Both the position numbers and the translations under genes were made by a program. A DNA stretch of 64,000 nucleotides from Octopus vulgaris (lineage: Eukaryota), in assembly GCA_951406725.2 (NCBI GenBank), contig OX597827.1, positions 48,484,001 to 48,548,000 of the forward strand, in the 5' to 3' direction. How positions within the stretch are numbered: the stretch's first letter is position 1; every line of letters starts with the position of its first letter. Of this stretch, positions 55,865 to 64,000 are shown piece by piece. The notes below the pieces were generated by a model, which saw only the letters and a program-made list of their open reading frames with translations, did not search any database and had not been told where the DNA came from.

Positions 55865-56125
55865 TTAAATATTTGTTGTGCAAGATTTTTTATGTGAAGT
55901 CGTGTGTTGAAACAGATATTGTTATATTTCGGAATGGTCATATTGCCAGTTTAGCCAATAAAAACACACGCACTATATATTTGGTGTTATTTTGCTTCAG
56001 TGATATTTATTTTTTACATTAATCTTAATCTTATTTCGGCCAAAGTTCTTTCGTCACACTCCTGTGACCGCAACAGTGGTCCTTTGTTTTCTTCTCACTT
56101 ACTTGTGTCTCTCCTTACTAACCGT
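55865..56125 (-). mobile_element. pLTR-like element with variant hammerhead-like motif (56038-56082)
   Basis: Minus: GGACCA CTGTTGC G GTCAC aggagt GTGAC GAAA GAAC TT TGGCC, then AATAAA and a tail ending in (TA)n. Confidence 0.5.
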
Positions 56126-56354
56126 CAGCCATTTTGTATTTCTATTGTATGTCTTCATTTGCGCATGCTTATATCTCTATGTGCGTCTATGTTTATTTAG
56201 TGTGTGTGGGGGGGATGCCTGTAATATTTGTATCTTCTGGTTATATACATTCTTGTAATTTGTATTTTGTTTTTGTTGTTGTTGCTTTTGTTCTAATTTT
56301 GTTCATGTGTTTACATCCACCCAGTATTATCATTACATATGCTTGTATGTATGT

Positions 56355-56387
<33 letters not shown>

Positions 56388-56594
56388 GCGTTTTTGTGTG
56401 CGCGTATATGGCTATCTTCATGGGGCCACAAGTTTAGCTGATTCGTCTAAATGTTCACTTTCCAATACAAACTACGCAAAGTTTATGCATTGTAGTTGTT
56501 GCCTGGGTAAGTTTTTCATAACAAGTTTTTGTGTCTCCGAGCAATTTTTTGAGGGTCTGAGCAGATAGCCAATGGAATTTACACATTCACACAT

Positions 56595-57012
56595 AGGCGC
56601 AGGAGTGGTTTTGTGGTAAGTAGCTTGGTTGCGAACCACATGGTTCCGTGTTCAGTCCCACAGCGTGGCACGTTGGGTAAGTGTCTTCTTCTATAGCCTC
56701 GGGCCGACCAAAGCCTTGTGAGTGGATTTCGTAAACGGAAGCCGAAAGAAGCCCGTCGTATATATATCTATATGTGTATATGTGTGCGTGTTTGTATGTG
56801 TGCGTGTGTGTGTGTTTGTGTGTCTGTGTTTGTCACCCCACCATCGCTCGTGTGTTTGCGTCCCCGTAACTTATTGGTTCGGAAAAAGATACCGATAGAA
56901 TAAGTACTAGGCTTACAAAAGAATAATTCCTGGGGTCGATTTGCTCAACTAAAGGCGGTGCTCCAGCATTGCCGCAGTCAAATGACTGAAACAAATAAAA
57001 GAATAAAAGAAT
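56595..57012 (+). mobile_element. Full-length SINE family B
   Basis: Matches the 25144 copy. Confidence 0.93.
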
Positions 57013-57503
57013 AACAGAACTTTTAAATTGAATAGGCCATATGTTCAATGCCTGAGGTTGCTCGCAGCCAGAAGGTGTTTTTTTCAAACTTGCGTGCCTG
57101 ACATCTCCAATGCAAAACTCCATGTATATATAAATTTCAAGTTGTTGTCTTTCACTGCCTGGAATACTTATTGTGTTGATCTTACCTTAACGACAAAGTG
57201 TGTGTCTGTGTGTGTAGACTATTTATGATTGACGGTGCTATTAGAAGCACAAGTCTATGTACTGACAGGGGAGATAACCGAACCACGACGAGCGAGATCC
57301 TCATTCTAGAATTCTACCTTCACTTCAAACTTAATCTCTCCAGTTATGACTACTCCGTCGCTGCATGGTCTGGTCAAATCTAACTCTCAGTACATAGTAT
57401 AATGAATCAATGGCCGATTCAGGAAAAATGATAATGTGAAAATTACAAAATAAGCAAAATAAAATCCAAAAGAAGGAATCCAATTGTCACCAATTGTGAC
57501 TGA

Positions 57504-60139
57504 GTAATTTTGGTTTGATTTTTTTAACGGCTTAGAATTTAATTTCACTTCATAATTTGAAACTGACTTGTAAGTATGTATTTTATTTCTCCTTATGTCA
57601 TATTGTTATTTTTGATATTCTGGTTAATTACGATGTATTTAATGTTGTTTTATTGGAGTGTTTATGTATGTGAGATTGTGTGTGAGTGTGTGCGTTTTTT
57701 AGTTGTATAATTTATTTATCTGTATGAGTGTGGGTGTGTAAATATTGTTGTATATATCGAGTTTAGTGAGTATGTATATGCGTATATGTGAGGGAGTATA
57801 TGTATCTGTTGTGTGTGTGTGTTTTGCGTGTGTGTGTGTTTGTGTGTGAATGTGTATATGGGTTTGTTATATAGGTTTGGGGATGTATGTGTTAATTTGT
57901 CTGTGTGGGGAGGGAGTGGGTTTTTGGTGTATATTGAGGTTTATAAGTTAGTATAGGTATGTGTGAGTGAGGTGGGTATTTGTATAAGTCGTGGGTCTGT
58001 GGTTTACGTGTGTGTATTTGTGTGTGAATGTTTAGGTTAGGGGGATTGCTATATAGGTTTGTTATAGAGTTTAGCAAAGGAGATTTTATCGTTATATGTT
58101 TTTATGAGTTTTAATTTATCATGGTTTTTTTAGGGAATTCGTGGTAATTTGTCTATTTACGATGTTTGTAGTTTTATTACATTGTTTCATTCATAATTTT
58201 TTAGTGGTGTTCGTTTTGCCACGTGAATATTATTTTTAATTCCATTTATTCCATTTCTCCATTCATAATTTTAAAAGATGTTCGTTTCCAGAGCGGGAAT
58301 ACTTTTTATACATATGTTAAGTTCCTTGGTAACATAATTTTGTTTGGTGTATATGTTGAGGCTTATATGTACTTGTGGGTGTGTGTGAGTGGGGTGGGTG
58401 TTTGTATTTGTTATGGGTGTGTGGTTTACGTGTGTGTATTTGGGTGTGAATGTATAGTTTAAAGGGATTGCTATATAAGTATGTTAGGGTTTAGTAAAGG
58501 GAGGTTTTATCATTTATGTTTTTGTGAGTTTTAGTTTATCATGGTAGTTTTATAAAAGAATCCATTCATAATTTTTTTAAATAATGTTGGTTTACCGCGT
58601 GTATATAATTTTTAATTCCATTTATTCTATTTCTCCATTCATAATTTTAAGTGAGGTTTGCTTCCATAGCGCGTATTCTTTTTATACATAAGTTATGTTC
58701 CTATGGTAACGTAATTTGGTTTGATGTTTTTAACGGATTAGAATTTAATTTCACTTCATAATTTGAAACTGACTTGAAAGTATGTATATTATTTCTCCTT
58801 ATGTCATATTGTTATTTTTGATATTCTGGTTACTTACGATGTATTTTATATATCGTATTATGTGTAATAATGTTGTTTTTCTTTGGAGTGTTTATGTATG
58901 TGGGATTGTGTGTGAGTGTGTGCGTATTTTGGTTGTGTAGTTTGTTTATCTGTATGAATGTGGGTGTGTTAATATTGTTGTATATGTCGAGTTTGGTGAG
59001 TATGTATATGTATATGGTGTGTGTTTTACGTATGTATATTTGTGTGTGAATGTGTTTATGGGTTTGCTATTTAGGTTTGGGGATGTATGTGTTTATTTGT
59101 CTGTGTGGGGTTGACTGGGTTTTTGGAGTATATGTTGAGGTTTATATGTATGTATAGGTATGTGTAAGTGGGGTGGGTATATGTCGTGGGTGTGTGGTTT
59201 ACGTGTGTGTATTTGTGTGTGAATGTTTAGGTTAGGGGGATTGCTATATAGGTATGTTATAGAGTTTAGTAAAGGGAGATTTTATCATTATATGTTTTTA
59301 TGAGTTTTGGTTTATCATGGTAGTATTGTTAAGGAATTCGTAGTAATTTGTGTCTACTTGCGATGTCTGTTGTTTTATTGCATTATTTTATTCATAATTT
59401 TTAAGTAGTGTTCGTTTTACCAAGTGAATATAATTTTTAATTCCATTTATTCCATTTCTCCGTTCATAATTTTAAGTGATGTCCGTTTCTAGAGCGGGAA
59501 TGTGGGTTGTATGTGTGTGTGAGGGAGTATGAATAAGTATTGTGTTGAAGTATTTAGCTATTTTATTTATTTATCGTTGCCTAGACGTTTTTATGTGTAT
59601 GTATAGGGATATATATATAGGTGTGTGATTTAGTGTATGTATTTAGATATGGTTATATATAATTAGTTATATGTGTATGGGTGTATATATAGTTTATTTT
59701 TTGTTTTGTTTTATATTTTATATTTTATATTTTATATTTTATATTTTATATTTTATATTTAATTGTTGATAGGTTTATTTTAGTTTATATATTGTTTATA
59801 TATTGATTATATATGGATTATATATAGGTTATAAATAGATTATATATTTATATTTTTTCATTAATACTTTAATTATTTTAAAATTATTATTTTTATATTT
59901 TAAAATATTGATATTTTAGATTGGAAGTCCACCTGAAGATTGTCGATCAAGACAAGAAACAATTGTAGTGGCGGTTTTTTTGACTTTTTATTAAAATTTT
60001 ATGTATTGATTAAATCTTTCCTTGTTTGTTTTGCAAAATAGTGGTTTTGTCTCTAATAATATTATATAATATTTTACTATAAAATTGGATTTAATCCTAA
60101 ATCTGATTTTTTCCCTGTAAATTTGGATTTATTCCCTAA

Positions 60140-60143
<4 letters not shown>
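57504..60143 (+). mobile_element. 2.6-kb GT-skewed, internally repeated, HHR-terminated insertion (Penelope-like non-autonomous element)
   Basis: Absent from the paralogous site at 62815-62828; ~1.2-kb internal tandem repeat with ~0.4-kb sub-repeats; HHR at 59929-59971, ATTAAA, tail, (TA)n. Confidence 0.75.
59929..59971 (+). ncRNA. Minimal type I hammerhead ribozyme
   Basis: CCAC CTGAAGA TTGTC gatcaa GACAA GAAA CAATTG TA GTGG; all stems perfect, palindromic stem III. Confidence 0.92.
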
Positions 60144-60187
<44 letters not shown>

Positions 60188-60188
<1 letters not shown>

Positions 60189-60672
60189 TTTATAATTAGG
60201 GTTCAGCAAAGATTTGCCTTACCACATACCGAAATTTAGAAATAGCAGCCAAAAAGCTTTAGCTATTTCTTCTACTTTAAAAAGAGACTCGCAGAAAAAA
60301 ACAAAAATACTTGAAAACAATCGTCGCAGGCAGAGAGGAAAAATAAGGAAAATCAATCTATATCTGATCACCCATGTACGCGTTTCGGAATTAGATCGGT
60401 ATAAAGAATATAGAATTATACTTTACCCAACCATTTTCTTCATCAGCATGGGACTTCAACAACATTAGATATTAAAAATATTAAATTCTAAGGCACTGAA
60501 AGAATTGAACATATCTCTCCACCTAACGGTATCAGACAGATGATATTCAGTTTTAGTACCGCCGAATTCAAAATACGAATGAGGTTCATCACCTACCCTG
60601 CCCATCCGCGTGTATCATCAAGTAAAATACTACAGAAAACATCTGTAGTTTGTTATCAGGGAGATAATTCTA
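60188..60672 (-). mobile_element. pLTR/retrozyme-like ~490-bp element between TA tracts
   Basis: Contains the HHR at 60371-60452 and the downstream TTTGGCTGCTATTTCTA motif; 3' end at (TA)n. Confidence 0.75.
60371..60452 (-). ncRNA. Type I hammerhead ribozyme with extended stem II
   Basis: Minus: CCCATG CTGATGA AGAA...(53-nt hairpin)...TTCC GAAA CGCG TA CATGGG. Confidence 0.85.
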
Positions 60673-61621
60673 TTATATATGTGCGTATATATATATATAT
60701 ATATATATACGCACATATATGTATATGCTTGCATGTATGCATATAAATTCAAACATAAACTTACACATAAACACAAATACATATAAGTGAGGTCTATATA
60801 GACCTCCATATATAGATTTACCGCTGGTGCAACGCCTAATGAACAGTTTGTTACCTTTATACACAATTCTGTCTGCGATTATTTGTCTTATAAAACAACA
60901 CTCCTAATTAATTTTTTTTTCATCTCACCTCCGAGAAGACGTGACAGGTTTGGAGTGTGATGTAATTCCGGATTTGAAGACTTCCTGATTACGTGCTCGA
61001 CGTATCTTCAGTTCTAAATGAAATAATTTCCACGGCGTGACTAAGTATGTTTACGCGCACGTAAAGTCATTATGTCAATTGATGACTGTTGAAATGGAAT
61101 TTGTATGCTGTATATTATTTGTGCTTTAAATGTACATCAGTCTAGATCGGGCCGTAATGTCGTTAAAAATATACCAGACTGACAAGCTAATTGCGTCGTG
61201 TTTTTTAGGAGTAGTGAAACTGTATAGAAGCTATGTTATGTGGCCTCCGTATGAGGTCTAAGAGGTTTCGGCACCATACAATGCATTTCAGAATACGTCA
61301 AGGCCCTCCGCGCGCTGCTTTGAAGGCCAAACAGTGTGAAATTAAACATTTACAACCTCGAGGTTGATAAACTACAGTTCAATTGTTTGGAGAACAATGC
61401 CTGAATTAAGACCTAGAAAGGTATTAACTCTGATAGTTTCCAATGCCTCAAATCACGTGATATGTCACCTAATGGAGAACAAACATACATACATACATAC
61501 ATGTGTATGAATGTATATGTTTATATGATTATATATATATATATATATATATATCTTTATATATATATGTATGCATGTATGTATACATATGTATACGTAT
61601 TTATATGTGTGTGTGTGTATA

Positions 61622-61837
61622 CTTGGAATTTACCCAAAAAAAACCAAAAAGGTGAAGACAGGTGTATTAATATAATATAAGGTGTATAATATAACAATCA
61701 GGTGTATTAATATAACGCTCGGGATGGTGATAAAGTCCTTTACGTTTCGAGCCTACACTTTTCAACAGAAAGGAACACGAAAACATATACAGAGAGAGAA
61801 TAAGAAGAGCTTAGTGGGAAGCGGTCGATCATGGCGA
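61622..61837 (-). mobile_element. Short HHR-like element (GAGC/GCTC family)
   Basis: Minus: CGCCATGAT...CCTTT CTGTTGAA AAGT gtag GCTC GAAA CG TA AAGG...CCCGAGCGTTATA. Confidence 0.7.
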
Positions 61838-61898
61838 TATATATATGTGTGTATGTGTGCCTGTGTGTGTGTATGTATGCATATATATATATTTATAA

Positions 61899-61986
<88 letters not shown>

Positions 61987-62001
61987 ATCGGGAGAAAAGT
62001 G

Positions 62002-62107
62002 ATTTATACATCCAGGTTTTATTATACGGTTAATCACATCTTTCTTTGTCAATACCTACGCAAAGAAAGATGTGATTATCTGTATAACAAAACCTTGGTG
62101 TGAAAAT
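62002..62107. other. Long hairpin (~45-bp stem, 12-nt loop)
   Basis: Perfect 18-bp TAATCACATCTTTCTTTG / CAAAGAAAGATGTGATTA, extended by AGGTTTTATTATACGG / CTGTATAACAAAACCT. Confidence 0.85.
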
Positions 62108-62323
62108 CTCTGTCCTTCTGATATTTATTATTTTTTCTTTTATTCTCTACGGACACTATGCAGTCTTTGTAAGGACATCTTGATTTACCAAAGTGAAGAT
62201 TAAGCGATTATAGTAATTTTAACTAACTGGAGTGCATCAATATTCACTGAGATTAACCAGTATTGTTAACCGATAAGAGCGAGCACTGCACCCTCGAGGA
62301 TTATACTTCCTTCTTAACCATTC

Positions 62324-62591
62324 GCCATGATAGATCGCTAGCCACTAATCATTCTTTATTTTCTCTCCTTCTTTCTTTCTGTGTTCCTTTATGAGGAAGA
62401 ACGTTGGCTCGAAACGTTAAAGACTTTTTCTCTTCTCGAGCGTTATACTAATACATCTGCCTGTTGCCTACACCAACTGTCTTCGTCTTTTGTTTCATTT
62501 TGCGAATATGTATCTCCCCTTGTTTTTTCTGAGTCCTTTTCTGTAGAAGAGCGTAGGCTCGAAAAGTAAAAGACTTTTTCTATTCCGAGCG
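62324..62591 (+). mobile_element. Tandem (150-bp period) short HHR-like elements (GAGC/GCTC family)
   Basis: GCTCGAAA at 62407 and 62557, each followed by AAAGACTTTTTCT...CGAGCG. Confidence 0.75.
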
Positions 62592-62826
62592 AGATCCTCA
62601 TTCTAGAATTCTGCCTTCACTTGAAACTAAATCTCTCCAGTTATGACTACTCCGTCGCTGCATGGTTTGGTCAAATCTAACTCTCAGTACATAGTATAAT
62701 GAATCAATGGCCGATTCAGGAAAAATGATAATGTGAAAATTACAAAATAACGAAGGCGGCTATAAGCAAAATAAAACCAAAAAGGAGGAATCCAATTGTC
62801 AGCAATTGTGACTGACGGTGCAAGGA

Positions 62827-62873
<47 letters not shown>

Positions 62874-63055
62874 CTTTATAATTAGGGTTCAGCAAAATTT
62901 GCTTTACCACATACCGAAATTTGGAAATAGCAGCCAAAAAGCCTTAGCTATTTCTTCTACTTTAAAAAAGGGACTCCTAGAAAAAACCAAAATACTTGAA
63001 AACAATCGTCGCAGGCAGAGAGGAAAAATAAGGAAAATCAATCTATATCTGATCA

Positions 63056-63137
63056 CCCATGTACGCGTTTCGGAATTAGATCGGTATAAAGAATATAGAA
63101 TTATACTTTACCCAACCATTTTCTTCATCAGCATGGG
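63056..63137 (-). ncRNA. Type I hammerhead ribozyme with extended stem II (duplicate of 60371-60452)
   Basis: Identical sequence: CCCATG CTGATGA...GAAA CGCG TA CATGGG. Confidence 0.85.
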
Positions 63138-64000
63138 ACGTCAACAACATTAGATATTAAAAATATTAAATTCTAAGGCACTGAAAGAATTGAACATATC
63201 TCTCCACCTAACGGTATCAGACAGATGATATTCAGTTTTAGTACCGCCGAATTCAAAATACGAATGAGGTTCATCACCTTCCCCTGCCCATCCGCGTGTA
63301 TCATCAAGTAAAATACTACAGAAAACATCTGTAGTTTGTTATCAGGGAGATAATTCTATTATATATATATATATATATATACGCACATATATGTATATGC
63401 TTGCATGTATGCATATAAATTCAAATATAAACTTACACAAATACACATATGTGAGGTCTATATAGACCTCCATATATAGATTTACCGCTGGTGCAACGCC
63501 TAATGAACAGTTTGTTACCTTTATACACAATTCTGTCTGCGATTATTTGTCTTATAAAACAACACTCCTAATTAATTTTTTTTTCATCTCACCTCCGAGA
63601 AGACGTGACAGGTTTGGAGTGTGATGTAATTCCGGATTTGAAGACTTCCTGATTACGTGCTCGAGGTATCTTCAGTTCTAAATGAAAATAATTTCCACAG
63701 CGTGACTAAGTATGTTTACGCGCACGTAAAGTCATTATGTCAATTGATGACTGTTGAAATGACATTTGTATGTTGTTATAATATTATTTGTGCTTTAAAT
63801 GTACATCAGTCTAGCTCGGGCCGTAATGTCGTTAAAAAATATACCAGACTGACAAGCTAATTGCGTCGTGTTTTTTAGAAGTAGTTAAACTGTATAGAAG
63901 TTATGTTATGTGGCCTCCCTATGAGGTCTAAGAGGTTTCAGCACCGTTTCAGAATACCTCACGGCCCTCCGTGCGCTGCTTTGAAAGCCAAACAGTGTGA

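Larger units (their letters stand above)
57289..64000. repeat. Local segmental duplication: X 57289-57503 = 62586-62815; Y 60186-61339 = 62870-64000
   Basis: Long near-identical unique sequence in the same orientation; Y offset 2685 bp at the HHR. Confidence 0.95.

Noticed and set aside
57200-57503. Block X as a coding exon with a transmembrane segment
   Set aside because: Stops in all frames in both duplicates; no family recognised.
57504-59500. CRISPR-like or telomeric array
   Set aside because: Repeats are hundreds of bp with no repeat-spacer periodicity and no TTAGGG array; eukaryotic context.
60975-61014. Minus-strand CTGAAGA-TACG..CGTA hairpin
   Set aside because: GAAA is missing after stem II.

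Overview
AT-rich, gene-poor animal DNA. It is most likely octopus/coleoid cephalopod, an inference from the recognisable tRNA-derived SINE families and the very dense (TA)n/(CA)n/(CATA)n microsatellites. No intact host protein-coding gene can be supported, and almost all long ORFs in the track are microsatellite translations. Ordinary content: about 30 copies or fragments of three tRNA-SINE families, four decayed mariner transposase relics, fragments of RTE, Tx1/L1 and R4/Dong-like LINEs, and hAT, piggyBac and Helentron-type non-autonomous elements. Main signal: at least 7 well-formed and about 10 variant or decayed minimal type I hammerhead ribozyme (HHR) motifs (stem I-CUGANGA-stem II-GAAA-palindromic stem III-UH-stem I'). 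They fall in roughly 8 non-coding element families with little sequence in common, most with their 3' end fused to a (TA)n tract. Several show tandem or inverted partial-repeat architecture typical of Penelope-like element pseudo-LTRs and non-LTR retrozymes. Unusual aspects: 50+ nt structured stem II extensions, a recurring core variant (CUGUWGAA), a shared downstream cis motif, and a filled/empty site pair showing a 2.6-kb GT-skewed HHR-terminated insertion. A ~1-kb palindrome and a pre-miRNA/MITE-like hairpin are also present. All calls are by eye; no searches or folding were run.
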